Shown here: positions 51,298-61,492 of the stretch, in pieces
Layout of the letters: every line of letters begins with the position of its first letter
Numbering within the stretch: position 1 is the first letter of the stretch
Source of the DNA: Thermoplasmata archaeon
GTDB lineage: Archaea > Thermoplasmatota > Thermoplasmata > Thermoplasmatales > ARK-15
Assembly (NCBI GenBank): GCA_039794005.1
Contig: JBAMMA010000017.1
Span: forward strand, 144,752-208,751
Direction of reading: 5' to 3'
DNA length: 64,000 bases
Position numbers and translations under genes: made by a program
The notes under the pieces: generated by a model
Database searches by the model: none
What the model saw: only the letters and a program-made list of their open reading frames with translations
Told to the model about the DNA's origin: nothing

Positions 51298-52914
51298 TTA
51301 TTTTTTCATATTTTCATACATTTCTCTTAATGCCTTCTTATCTGTCTTTCCGGTACTTGTTTTTGGAAATTCTTCGATAAATATTACATCGTCCGGAATC
51401 CAAAACTTTTGTATTCTTCCTATATCGAGATATTTCTGTAAATGTCTATAAATATCCTCTTTTGTAACATTCGATATTTTTTTAACAAAAAGAACAGGTC
51501 TCTCTCCCCACTTCTCGTTATATACACCAACTAAGGCCACTTCTCCTATTCCCGGCATTTCAGATACAATATTTTCTATTAAAATGGATGGTATAAACTC
51601 TCCACCCGATTTAATTGCATCTTTCTCCCTATCAACTATGTGAACATATCCATCAGGATCTACAAAGGCAAGGTCCCCTGTGTGGAGCCATCCATCCTTC
51701 CATAATTGTTCGGTTTTTTCTGGATCTTTGTAATATTCTTTTGTAAGCCATGGTGCCCTGACAACTATTTCACCAATCGTTTTTCCATCCCAGGGAACTT
51801 CTTTACCATATTCATTTATAACCTTAAGATGTACAAACAAAATTGGTATTCCTGTTGATATCCTATATTCAAATTTTTCTTCCTCTTTCATTTTCGATAT
51901 TTTATTTTTATACAGAGCCAGAGTTAGAACAGGACATGTTTCAGACATTCCATATCCTGCAATTATTGTTATTCCATAACTTTCTGCCAGTTTTGCCAAT
52001 CCCCTTGGAAGTGCCGCACCTCCAATAACGACTTTCCACCTCGACAAGGCATCCTTATATTCCTTTGCCTTGGGATGGTTTAATATCATATATAATATAG
52101 AAGGTACCATCAATGATAGAGTAACCTTTTCCTTATCAATTAACTCCAATATTTTTCCCATATCATATCTACCAGGCAATACGTATTTATTCCCAGTCAT
52201 AATGGTAACATATGGTAGCCCCCATGAATGAACATGGAATAAAGGAACTAAACTCATGAAAACATCTTTATCAGAGACATACAGAGGTTCTCTATGTACG
52301 GAGGATGCTAGTGCAGTGGCATGCAAGATTAAATCCCTATGTGTAAATGTTACACCCTTTGGCAACCCTGTTGTACCTGATGTGTAAAAGATTGTTGCCT
52401 GAGTATTTTCATCCAAATCTGGATAATTCATAGGCTCATTATTTTTTACAAGCTCTTCATAGTTATAAGAAGGTTCTAATGTTGTTTTTACATCCTCATT
52501 TTCATCAGAATATACAATCCATCCCTTTATAAAATCAAACATGGATGCATATTTTTCAATCAATGGCAGAAACTCATCCCTTATTATAACGAATTTGTCT
52601 TCTGCATGCTGCATTGTAAGATATATCAATTCCGGTGGATATCTTATGTTGACTGTATGCAATACTGATCCCATCATCGGTATTGAAAAATAACTTTCCA
52701 TGTAATGGTTTGTATCCCAATCCAAAACAGCTACCTTATCACCTGGACGAACACCTATCTCCTTCAAACCATTGGAAAACCTCGAAATTCTATCATAAAA
52801 TTCATTAAAAGTAAACCTCCTTTTGTCTGAATATACTATTTCTTGATCCCCAAAATTTCTTAATGATGTTGGGAAAATATTTTTTAATATCAGCTGATAA
52901 TTATATGCTGCCAT
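51298..52914 (-). CDS. fatty-acid--CoA ligase (AMP-forming)
   Basis: YTSGTTGLPKG, GYGMSET, WLHTGD, DREKDAIKSGGE, PKTSTGK; start placed at ATG 52914. Confidence 0.92.
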   Translation of the reverse strand: MAAYNYQLILKNIFPTSLRNFGDQEIVYSDKRRFTFNEFYDRISRFSNGLKEIGVRPGDKVAVLDWDTNHYMESYFSIPMMGSVLHTVNIRYPPELIYLTMQHAEDKFVIIRDEFLPLIEKYASMFDFIKGWIVYSDENEDVKTTLEPSYNYEELVKNNEPMNYPDLDENTQATIFYTSGTTGLPKGVTFTHRDLILHATALASSVHREPLYVSDKDVFMSLVPLFHVHSWGLPYVTIMTGNKYVLPGRYDMGKILELIDKEKVTLSLMVPSILYMILNHPKAKEYKDALSRWKVVIGGAALPRGLAKLAESYGITIIAGYGMSETCPVLTLALYKNKISKMKEEEKFEYRISTGIPILFVHLKVINEYGKEVPWDGKTIGEIVVRAPWLTKEYYKDPEKTEQLWKDGWLHTGDLAFVDPDGYVHIVDREKDAIKSGGEFIPSILIENIVSEMPGIGEVALVGVYNEKWGERPVLFVKKISNVTKEDIYRHLQKYLDIGRIQKFWIPDDVIFIEEFPKTSTGKTDKKALREMYENMKK

Positions 52915-53034
52915 ATAGGTTATAGCAAAAATCATATTATTTAATTTTTCCCGATTTTGCATACATTTAATTTTAAAAAAATTTAAAATTTTAAATCGAA
53001 ATATTTATTTAATTAAATTTAAATATGATAATTT

Positions 53035-53436
53035 ATGGAAGAAAAGAGAGGGGCAATAAAGGTTTTTTTAAAAATACATAGGCATGGCATTTTTGGATCC
53101 AAGGAAATTAAAGAAATGATTCAATTTTTGGAAGATTATGTTAAGAGGTTTTCTGAATCAAAAAATCTAAAATATCATTTTCACGAAGAAGAGAAGGAGT
53201 ATTTCGGTTTTTGCATGGAGGGGGATCTAGATCCAGAGATTTACAAGAAAAAATTTTCAAACCTTGATGAAATCCTTGACGAATTTGGACTCAGGAAATA
53301 TCTGAGGGATATAAAAAAGATTTCCGCATTTATTTACATTGTTAGGCCTGGAGAAGAGGATCCGGAAGATAAAAGGCCTCCTGACTTTTTTTACGAATAC
53401 GATCTATCAGAGAAAAAAATTCCATTTAATCCTTGA
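53035..53436 (+). CDS. hypothetical protein
   Basis: 133-aa ORF with protein-like composition filling the gap. Confidence 0.65.
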   Translation: MEEKRGAIKVFLKIHRHGIFGSKEIKEMIQFLEDYVKRFSESKNLKYHFHEEEKEYFGFCMEGDLDPEIYKKKFSNLDEILDEFGLRKYLRDIKKISAFIYIVRPGEEDPEDKRPPDFFYEYDLSEKKIPFNP

Positions 53437-53481
53437 TATCCTGTAATAAAAATAAAATATCTTTGTTATTTATCCATATTC

Positions 53482-54003
53482 ATGATTTATGAATTTGAAG
53501 GTAGAGTACCAAAAATATCTCCAAAAGCCTATGTACATGAAACTGCAGTGGTAATAGGAGATGTAACAATAGGTGATGGTGTATGGGTTGGTCCAAACGC
53601 CACAATCAGAGGTGATTATGGAACAGTAATCATAGGAAATAATAGTGCAATAGAGGATAATGTTGTAATACACGCCAGACCCGGTGAGAAAACTGTTATA
53701 GGAAACTGGGTTACAATAGGCCATGGAAGTATTATACATACTGCTACAATACAAGATTACGCTGTTGTAGGAACAGGGTCGGTAGTAACAGATTATTCTG
53801 TGGTTGGTACATGGGCGGTTTTGGCTGAAGGTACAGTTGTTAAGATAAGACAGGTAGTTGAACCAGAGACGATCGTTGTAGGTATACCTGCACAACCTAA
53901 AGGAAAAATAAACGAAGATTATAAAAATCAGTGGATGTCATTCAAAAGCATATATGTATCATTTACAGAAAGGTACAAGAAAAATTTAAGGAGGATTGAT
54001 TGA
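53482..54003 (+). CDS. gamma carbonic anhydrase family (PaaY/CaiE-like) protein
   Basis: Hexapeptide repeats, IRGD, three His (VIHA, IGHG, IIHT), VGIPA. Confidence 0.9.
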   Translation: MIYEFEGRVPKISPKAYVHETAVVIGDVTIGDGVWVGPNATIRGDYGTVIIGNNSAIEDNVVIHARPGEKTVIGNWVTIGHGSIIHTATIQDYAVVGTGSVVTDYSVVGTWAVLAEGTVVKIRQVVEPETIVVGIPAQPKGKINEDYKNQWMSFKSIYVSFTERYKKNLRRID

Positions 54004-54747
54004 ATGTATAATATAATAGTTTTGTTTAAACAGATTTTGGATATAGACCAAATGAAGATTGATGAGAAGACTGGAGAACCTATAACGAAGAATCTCCCAT
54101 ACAAAATTGAAGATCTTAGCAAAAATGCAATAGAAGAGGCTGTTAGGATAAAGGAAAAGCATGGAGGTAAGGTGATAGCAATTACATTCGGGGGAGAACA
54201 GGCAACAATGTCTATGAAGGAAGCATTGGCAATGGGGGCCGATGAAGGAATTATATTGAAAGGATATAAGGAAAATAATCCATCATTAACTGCAGAAGTA
54301 CTTGCCACAAAAATAAAGACAATGCAATATGATTTGATAATTATGGGGAATCAGTCAGCAGACAGCTATACCGGCCTTCTTCCCGGGAAATTGGCCGTAA
54401 AACTTAATCTTCCTTTGCTTGGAAATGCGATTAAGCTCGAATTGGAAGGAAGAAAGGCCAGAATCACAAGGAGTGGCGATGAAATGGATTACATCATTGA
54501 ATCTGAACTACCTGCTATAGTTAGCGTTGAACAGGAAATTAATGAGCCAAGGCTCCCTCCACTCGTTCAGATCATGATGGCTGGCAAAAAACCAACGAAA
54601 GTGGAGGAAATAAAAGTTAATGTTAATTCATCTAAAAAGGTAATATCTAACAAAGCACCAAAGAGTGATAGAAAGAGGGTAATATTTGAAGACATAGACA
54701 AAGGCGTTGAGGAGATAGCAAAAGTGATAAGGAGTGAGGTAAAATGA
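54004..54747 (+). CDS. etfB: electron transfer flavoprotein beta subunit
   Basis: KQILD, AIEEAVRIKE, ALAMGAD, GNQSAD, INEPR. Confidence 0.93.
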   Translation: MYNIIVLFKQILDIDQMKIDEKTGEPITKNLPYKIEDLSKNAIEEAVRIKEKHGGKVIAITFGGEQATMSMKEALAMGADEGIILKGYKENNPSLTAEVLATKIKTMQYDLIIMGNQSADSYTGLLPGKLAVKLNLPLLGNAIKLELEGRKARITRSGDEMDYIIESELPAIVSVEQEINEPRLPPLVQIMMAGKKPTKVEEIKVNVNSSKKVISNKAPKSDRKRVIFEDIDKGVEEIAKVIRSEVK

Positions 54748-55637
54748 AAGCGCTTTTATTTACAGAAACAAAAGATTTGGCTGCACAAATTCTCACATTA
54801 TTAAGGAACAATTACGATATAGATCTATATACATTGTCTAAGGAAGATGTGAGCGATTATGGTGCAAAAAATGTATTCCATATAGAAACAGACTTCCCCT
54901 ATGCGGATAATTTATCACAATTCATCTCAGAGGAATTTAAGAAAAATAATTATGATGTCATTTTTATGGGTTCATCCTCCTTAACTAGGGACATGGCAGG
55001 AATGCTTTCCGAAATTTTAAACCTTGAGGCAATAACAGAAATCATGAAGATTGAATTTTCAAACAACAAATTTTACACGGAAAGATTCTTTTATGGCGGA
55101 AAAACAATAATAAGGGAAGAATCTGATGCTCGTATATTCACATTTTTGGCAGGATTGATTGATCCACAGAAAGTGGAATATAAATCAAATGTGAATAAAA
55201 TAAGATTGGATAAGAATTCAAGGGTTTCATTGTTAAAAGAAATAGAGAAACCAAAGAGCAGCGTAAATCTAGAAAAGGCAGACATAATTGTATCAGCAGG
55301 AAGAGGTATTGGAAAGAAGGAGGGTCTCGCAATAATACAGCAATTGGCCGATTTATTGCATGGAGAAGTTGGAGGTTCGAGGCCGGTTTGTCTGGATTAT
55401 CATTGGCTCAGTGAAGAAAGACAGGTAGGACTTTCCGGAAAGAGGGTTAAGCCTAAAATATATATTGCTGCCGGTATCTCCGGTCAGGTACAGCACATTG
55501 CAGGAATGAGAGGATCAAAAACTGTAATAGCCATAAACAAGGACAAAAACGCACCTATATTTAATGAATGCGATTATGGCATTGTCGGAGATCTATACGT
55601 TGTAATACCGAAGCTAATTGAAAAGCTCAAAAAATGA
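54744..55637 (+). CDS. etfA: electron transfer flavoprotein alpha subunit
   Basis: SAGRG, QVGLSG, GISGQVQHIAGM, AINKDKNAPIF. Confidence 0.93.
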   Translation: MKALLFTETKDLAAQILTLLRNNYDIDLYTLSKEDVSDYGAKNVFHIETDFPYADNLSQFISEEFKKNNYDVIFMGSSSLTRDMAGMLSEILNLEAITEIMKIEFSNNKFYTERFFYGGKTIIREESDARIFTFLAGLIDPQKVEYKSNVNKIRLDKNSRVSLLKEIEKPKSSVNLEKADIIVSAGRGIGKKEGLAIIQQLADLLHGEVGGSRPVCLDYHWLSEERQVGLSGKRVKPKIYIAAGISGQVQHIAGMRGSKTVIAINKDKNAPIFNECDYGIVGDLYVVIPKLIEKLKK

Positions 55638-55870
55638 TCAAGGCAAACTTTAAAATTATGCCTTCAAATCCCTATATTATTTTTAAATCCCTTAGCGTTG
55701 AAACTGAAAGGGATATTCCAAAAATAAAGGTTCATTTAGAATATGATGAAAAAAAATTAATGATAAATATAGAATCTGAAAATATTAGTTCCATGAGGGC
55801 TGCCATAAATTCATATATGCGATGGATTAATCTTATTGAGGACATATTGGGGTTGATTGAAAATGGTTGA
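55634..55870 (+). CDS. pcc1: KEOPS complex subunit Pcc1
   Basis: SSMRAAINSYMRWI motif; upstream of prefoldin beta. Confidence 0.85.
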   Translation: MIKANFKIMPSNPYIIFKSLSVETERDIPKIKVHLEYDEKKLMINIESENISSMRAAINSYMRWINLIEDILGLIENG

Positions 55871-56216
55871 TATAAATCTGACACCCTATTTGCAGGAAAA
55901 GGTAAAGCAGGCACAAAACATACAGCAGCAGCTTGAAAGCATTATTGCACAAAAATACCAAATAGACCTAAAAATAAAAGAGATTGAGAAGACTCTTGAA
56001 GAGCTGGAAAAGGTAGAGGAAAATCAAAAAGTTTACAAAATTAGCGGTTCTATATTGGTAGAAGTTAAAGACAGGGAAAAGCTAAAGAAAGAATTTGAGG
56101 ATGAAAAAGAGATGCTTACCATAAGGTCCAATACGCTAGAAAAACAGAAAAAGTTGCTAGAAGAAAAATATGCAGAAATTGAAAAGGAATTTGAGGAAGC
56201 ATATAAGAAGCAATGA
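55857..56216 (+). CDS. pfdB: prefoldin beta subunit
   Basis: Coiled coils flanking VYKISGSILV. Confidence 0.9.
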   Translation: MKMVDINLTPYLQEKVKQAQNIQQQLESIIAQKYQIDLKIKEIEKTLEELEKVEENQKVYKISGSILVEVKDREKLKKEFEDEKEMLTIRSNTLEKQKKLLEEKYAEIEKEFEEAYKKQ

Positions 56217-56812
56217 TAGAGATTGGTAATATAAAATACATACCATTTTCAATGGAAGATATCGATTTTGGGTACTCCTTAGAACAGGATCCTTTAACTA
56301 CATTTTATTCCAGAGGCATTACAATAAATTTTCAGAATAAAGAAGGATACAAAAAATCGATTGAAGATTCCATAAATAGCGGAAATAGAAAAATGATGTT
56401 GATTTTGTACGATGGAAATAAGGTAGGTATAGCAAGCATATATGAAAATACCGGAATGCCAAAAAGGGCAGGAATAGGATTAATGTTAGAACGGGAATAC
56501 TGGAATTCGCATATTGGTTCTATAAGCACGGTATTGTTGACAGAATTTTTATTTTATTATATGGATTATTATAGAATAGAGGCATGGTCAGCTGAATACA
56601 ATACAAGAGCACACAGAGTATTGGAAAAGGCAGGTTTTGTAATGGAAGGAAAATTGAGGGAATCATTATATATTAATGGAAGATATTATTCTTGGTTTAT
56701 ATTTGGAAATTTGAGAAGAGAATATTATGAAAATAGGGAAAATATCTTAAAAAGAGGAATGGGTGAATATTATATATACTATGAAGAATTTTTAAAAAGA
56801 TTCCCAAAATAA
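56213..56812 (+). CDS. GNAT acetyltransferase (RimJ/RimL family)
   Basis: YWNSHIG, NTRAHRVLEKAGFVMEGKLRE. Confidence 0.85.
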   Translation: MIEIGNIKYIPFSMEDIDFGYSLEQDPLTTFYSRGITINFQNKEGYKKSIEDSINSGNRKMMLILYDGNKVGIASIYENTGMPKRAGIGLMLEREYWNSHIGSISTVLLTEFLFYYMDYYRIEAWSAEYNTRAHRVLEKAGFVMEGKLRESLYINGRYYSWFIFGNLRREYYENRENILKRGMGEYYIYYEEFLKRFPK

Positions 56813-57002
56813 ACTTAAAAATATGAATTTTTTAAATATATTTTTTTAATTTTTAAAAAATATTTTAAAATCCAGATAGAAAAAATAATATATTTAATTT
56901 TTATAAACCGATTGAAAGAGGGGAATTAAATGAGAGGGAAGAAGAGAATGAGGGCCATTTGAAAAAGCTAAATTTTTTAAACAAAATCTTTTATCTTACA
57001 TT

Positions 57003-58328
57003 ATGGAAAGGGAAGAAGTGAAGAAAATCATTGAAAAAGAGAATATAAAATATCTCCAGATGCAGTTTACAGATATTTTAGGTTCAATAAAGACCGTTAT
57101 GATTCCCTCCTTCAGGTTCGATAAAATTATGGATGATGGCGTTCTTTTTGATGGATCTTCTATCGTTGGATACGCCACAATCGAAGAATCCGACATGAGA
57201 GCCATACCAGATTTATCAACATTTCAGATACTGCCATGGTATGATGATAGAAAAACAGCAAGAATAATATGCGACATTGCAACTCCAAGCGGTGAACAGT
57301 TTCAAGGTGATCCTAGATATGTTTTGAAAAGAATGTTGAAAAAGGCCCATGATAAAGGTTTTCAATTCTTCGTTGGCCCTGAATTTGAATTCTTTTTATT
57401 CAGATTGAATGAGGAGGGAAAGCCAATACCAGAACCTAGTGACAGGGGAAGCTATTTTGATTTTACTCCAATAGATAAGGCAGAGAATGTAAAAAAAGAA
57501 ATATTGTATTATTTGGAAATAATGAATTACAATCCAGAGGCATCGCATCATGAAGTTAGCCCAGGCCAGCATGAAATAGACTTAAGATATGCAGATGCAT
57601 TAACAATGGCAGATAGGATCGTTACTTTAAAATCTCTCATAAAATCCATTGCAATAAAGTATGGATTATTTGCAAGCTTCATGCCAAAGCCTTTGTACGG
57701 AGTAAATGGTTCAGGAATGCATATACACCAGAGCCTTATGACTGCAGATCAGTCAAAAAATTATTTTTACGATGCTGAAGGTAAATACGGCCTTAGCAAA
57801 ATAGCATTCAATTACATTGGTGGAATTCTGCACCACGCTAAAGAAATAACTGCAATTTTAAATTCATCTATAAATTCTTACAAAAGGCTTGTCCCTGGAT
57901 TTGAGGCTCCAGTATACATTTCCTGGGCGAATTTAAACAGGAGCGCACTTATTAGGATACCGCAGGGCAGAGGACTAAAAACAAGGATAGAACTCAGAAA
58001 TCCAGACCCGGCTGGAAACCCATACTTGCAGTTTTCAGTTATATTGGCTGCTGGATTAGATGGAATAGAAAAAAATATCATGCCTCCAGATCCCGTTGAA
58101 AGGGATATATATAGGCTAAATCCAAAGGAGCGCGAGGAACTAGGAATTGAAAATCTTCCAGGATCACTTGGAGAAGCGCTTAATTATTTCAAGGAGAGCA
58201 AATTGATGAAAGAAACACTTGGAGAACACATATTCAACCATTTTTACATAGTAAAGTCAAAAGAGTTTGATTATTATAGATCAGAAGTTACCCCTTGGGA
58301 GATTCAGAATCTTTTGCCTGTCCTTTGA
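57003..58328 (+). CDS. glnA: glutamine synthetase type I
   Basis: FDGSSI, GPEFEFF, HHEVSPGQHEI, FMPKP, NGSGMH, RIELR. Confidence 0.97.
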   Translation: MEREEVKKIIEKENIKYLQMQFTDILGSIKTVMIPSFRFDKIMDDGVLFDGSSIVGYATIEESDMRAIPDLSTFQILPWYDDRKTARIICDIATPSGEQFQGDPRYVLKRMLKKAHDKGFQFFVGPEFEFFLFRLNEEGKPIPEPSDRGSYFDFTPIDKAENVKKEILYYLEIMNYNPEASHHEVSPGQHEIDLRYADALTMADRIVTLKSLIKSIAIKYGLFASFMPKPLYGVNGSGMHIHQSLMTADQSKNYFYDAEGKYGLSKIAFNYIGGILHHAKEITAILNSSINSYKRLVPGFEAPVYISWANLNRSALIRIPQGRGLKTRIELRNPDPAGNPYLQFSVILAAGLDGIEKNIMPPDPVERDIYRLNPKEREELGIENLPGSLGEALNYFKESKLMKETLGEHIFNHFYIVKSKEFDYYRSEVTPWEIQNLLPVL

Positions 58329-59430
58329 CTATGTCTATCAAAAACTTTGCCTGGTCAGCCGTTAGGGTGGAATTTTTAACCAGCCCTTCCTCGTCAAAAT
58401 TTTTTAAATATACCAGTAGACTTGGTTTGCCGCCTGTAAGTCTGTAAATAATTTTCAGTTTTTCCTCTTCCTTTATATCATTGAAAAATTCCCTCACCGC
58501 ATCCAAAGGCAGATTCCTAATATAAAGCTCATTTACCTTTCCATTTTTTATGTCTTCTAAATGATAAAACCTCATATATACGGGTATTTCCTCCCTCATT
58601 ATTATTATCATTTTTCCTCTGCTTTTTTTATACAATATTGAATTTAGAAATTCGACAAGCTCCTCTGAAACTCTATAATAATTGTCCAAGATTATCAGAT
58701 TGTCCGTTTTCAATATAATTTCCTCGAAACTTTTAGATTTTTTGTATATTTCCTCCAATTTTTTCTTTAAAAATTCTATATCTGCATTCTCAGTTAAAGA
58801 AATCATTATAATGTCAACATTGTCTATATTTTTTATTACAGATATAAATTTGCTTATAATCGCTGTTTTACCAGATCCCCTGGCGCCTATAATCACCAAA
58901 AAAGGTATTTCAGATTGATACCATTCATTAATCTTTCTCAGTTCAATATTTCTATTTATCAATTTTGTATTTATTAAATTCTCAACGTGGTATATGTTCG
59001 AAAATTCACCATCCTTTTTCTGTTGTATTAAATAATTATTAAAATAATCAAGCCATGTCATAAATTTATATTTTTCAATAAGATCCTTTACCTTGTAAAT
59101 TTTATTGTTAAATTCTATTTCTCTATTACCAATCTCATTCTTTATTTTATTTACCTCTGCTATGCCCATTGGAGATAAAAAATAAACGTTAATCCTTTTG
59201 GTCCTATTTTTTACCCTCCCCTTAATTTCTTCTACCAAACCATCATTTATCAGGTCTTTTAATTCCCTTGGAACATGAGATACTGTAATACCAACGGCCT
59301 TTGCAATACCTTCCTGTGTAATTTCTTCAGGATATATTGCAATTTCATCCCCATTTTCATGTATACCTCTATATTTTGAAAATTCTGACAAGTAAAGAAG
59401 AATTTTCAATTTTAGTGTGACTCTAAACAT
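58288..59430 (-). CDS. winged-HTH plus P-loop NTPase (STAND-like)
   Basis: TQEGIAKAVG...HVPRELKDL HTH, GARGSGKT, IILDN, LTGGKP. Confidence 0.75.
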   Translation of the reverse strand: MFRVTLKLKILLYLSEFSKYRGIHENGDEIAIYPEEITQEGIAKAVGITVSHVPRELKDLINDGLVEEIKGRVKNRTKRINVYFLSPMGIAEVNKIKNEIGNREIEFNNKIYKVKDLIEKYKFMTWLDYFNNYLIQQKKDGEFSNIYHVENLINTKLINRNIELRKINEWYQSEIPFLVIIGARGSGKTAIISKFISVIKNIDNVDIIMISLTENADIEFLKKKLEEIYKKSKSFEEIILKTDNLIILDNYYRVSEELVEFLNSILYKKSRGKMIIIMREEIPVYMRFYHLEDIKNGKVNELYIRNLPLDAVREFFNDIKEEEKLKIIYRLTGGKPSLLVYLKNFDEEGLVKNSTLTADQAKFLIDIVKGQAKDSESPKG

Positions 59431-59480
59431 CTTGTTTATTTAAAATAATTTGATTATATAAACATATTTTATAATGTTAA

Positions 59481-59975
59481 TTATGAAATATACAATTTTT
59501 CTATTTTTTTAATGTCTTCCTCACTTTTCATGAAATAATCATCCAAAGGCTCCTTGTTCATTTCCAGGAACGTGTGACCCCAGGAAAATAGACCCATTAT
59601 TTTTTCAGCAATATCTTTGTATCCAAGAATGTACAGTGCAGATGATATTGCCTCTGCAGTTGACAACATGTAGGGTTTACCAAAATTTATATTGTTTCCA
59701 GGTACGAGATATGGCAATCTTCTATATTTGCCTGAAATTCTTTCAAATATCTTTTCCCCGTTCTTCCAGGAACCATCTACCGCATAAATGCCGTGGTTTA
59801 AAACATCTTTTAAATCAGAATATGAAAATATTTTATCCGTAAATGGAGATAATAAAATGCCATTTACATGTTTTACATTTTTAACCAGCCTTGCATAACC
59901 GAATTTTGCGAGTCTGTGTGCTGTGCATTTTCTGGGATCGTCTTGTTCAAGATCTATTATGTATATTTTTATCAT
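59481..59975 (-). CDS. tsr3: rRNA aminocarboxypropyltransferase Tsr3 (DUF367)
   Basis: QDDPRKCTAHRL, VDGSW, RRLPYL, LSTAEA, FSWGHTF. Confidence 0.9.
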   Translation of the reverse strand: MIKIYIIDLEQDDPRKCTAHRLAKFGYARLVKNVKHVNGILLSPFTDKIFSYSDLKDVLNHGIYAVDGSWKNGEKIFERISGKYRRLPYLVPGNNINFGKPYMLSTAEAISSALYILGYKDIAEKIMGLFSWGHTFLEMNKEPLDDYFMKSEEDIKKIEKLYIS

Positions 59976-60544
59976 TCTTTAGGTTTGAATATATAATAAA
60001 CAATAACAATCGATATGATGAGAATTACAATTGTGATGATTTGCCAAGGTATTGAATATGATATAAAATGTTTTTGAGGTATTGTGACATTTGCAAAACC
60101 CGGCAAGATACCCATATCAAGCAGTTGGCCGTTAGTGTATCCCTTTATTGGAGAAGGCAGTTGAATTGCCTGCAATAGAGCATCTGCGATTGTTTTTAAA
60201 GTGATGTTGCTATAATGCTCTAGCTCAAATACAAATTCTGCACCAAACAGATTTAATGAAGAAAGGTTATAATCAAAGAATACGTATTTATATTTCGGGT
60301 CTGAAGACCAATTATATGTAGTTATGCTCTTTGTAAAGAATATTGGAAATATCTCCTCTTTCCAAATGGTATCTGTTATGGTTAAATTTTCCCCATTTAG
60401 CATATGTATAACGATGCTTGGGAATTTAAGGTTTCCAAAAGTATACCCATTACTAGGTATTGACGCCAATGATAACATAAATACAGACAGTATGACTGAT
60501 ATAGCCAATATTTTCCTCATTATGAGACAAAAATAGATTTGCAT
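59972..60544 (-). CDS. hypothetical secreted/membrane-anchored protein
   Basis: Signal-like N-terminus (MRKILAISV...) and C-terminal TM. Confidence 0.65.
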   Translation of the reverse strand: MQIYFCLIMRKILAISVILSVFMLSLASIPSNGYTFGNLKFPSIVIHMLNGENLTITDTIWKEEIFPIFFTKSITTYNWSSDPKYKYVFFDYNLSSLNLFGAEFVFELEHYSNITLKTIADALLQAIQLPSPIKGYTNGQLLDMGILPGFANVTIPQKHFISYSIPWQIITIVILIISIVIVYYIFKPKE

Positions 60545-60556
60545 ATATAAACTATT

Positions 60557-61033
60557 TTAAATTAATCCCTCTCCTTTTAAAGACAAGAAAATCATCACAT
60601 TTGCCCTGTTCATATTTTCTTTTATTTCAAGCCCTTTTCCCGTCTCATCCCTTATCCTCTTTATCACATCCTCAGTGATCTTTATGAATTTTAAAACAAA
60701 ATCAGACAGCTTTTCCATGCTTCCTACTGGTGGGGACATCCAGTCTATTCCCTGACCAACAATATGGAAGGAATAAATATAATCGTTATATCCCCCCTTA
60801 TACCTCCATAACCTCACTATATATCCTCCCTTTTTTTTTGAATCAAGCCAGACCTTTACCAATTCTTCCATTTTATCATCATATGATTCTTCCGTTTCAA
60901 AATATTCTCCCAAAGACATTATATTTCCTTTTATATCTTCGAAATTTTTCAAATGCTTTATTTCACCATAGGTCATAAAATCGTAGGTTCCATCATCATT
61001 TATAGATATTGCAAAATCAATAACTGTATACAT
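60557..61033 (-). CDS. hypothetical protein
   Basis: 158-aa ORF, tightly spaced with its neighbours. Confidence 0.65.
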   Translation of the reverse strand: MYTVIDFAISINDDGTYDFMTYGEIKHLKNFEDIKGNIMSLGEYFETEESYDDKMEELVKVWLDSKKKGGYIVRLWRYKGGYNDYIYSFHIVGQGIDWMSPPVGSMEKLSDFVLKFIKITEDVIKRIRDETGKGLEIKENMNRANVMIFLSLKGEGLI

Positions 61034-61035
61034 AA

Positions 61036-61398
61036 TTATCTCCTTCTATTTATTTCAATATAAAATGAATGATCAAAATTATTCTTTCTGATATTTTTTA
61101 TTTGCTCCTTTATCTCCTTTTTCTTTTCAGGATTTCTTTTAATCTCTTCCCTTAATCTATTGATTTCAAATTCTATATAAAAATCTAATATTTTTTTCAT
61201 TGCCTTTTTTGATTCCCTCTTTTTGCAGTTGTTCATTGCACTAATAAAATCCTTTATATTTATTATTATAAAATCATCGTATATTGATCTTTTTAGATAT
61301 GATGCAAGACATTCAAATGCATCATCATCTAAACTTCCTAATCTCACAGAATAAGAAAGATTCCCAAATTTCCTAGTAATGTATGAATCTATTGGCAT
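61036..61398 (-). CDS. hypothetical protein with C-terminal coiled coil
   Basis: 120-aa ORF; GGAG sequence at its 3' end precedes the next gene. Confidence 0.6.
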   Translation of the reverse strand: MPIDSYITRKFGNLSYSVRLGSLDDDAFECLASYLKRSIYDDFIIINIKDFISAMNNCKKRESKKAMKKILDFYIEFEINRLREEIKRNPEKKKEIKEQIKNIRKNNFDHSFYIEINRRR

Positions 61399-61492
61399 AT
61401 TAAATTATAATTCCTTTTTTGATATTTAACCTTTTTTTTTCCAATTTTGTTCTATTAAAAAATTTTTTATATGAATATTAATTGAATAATCC

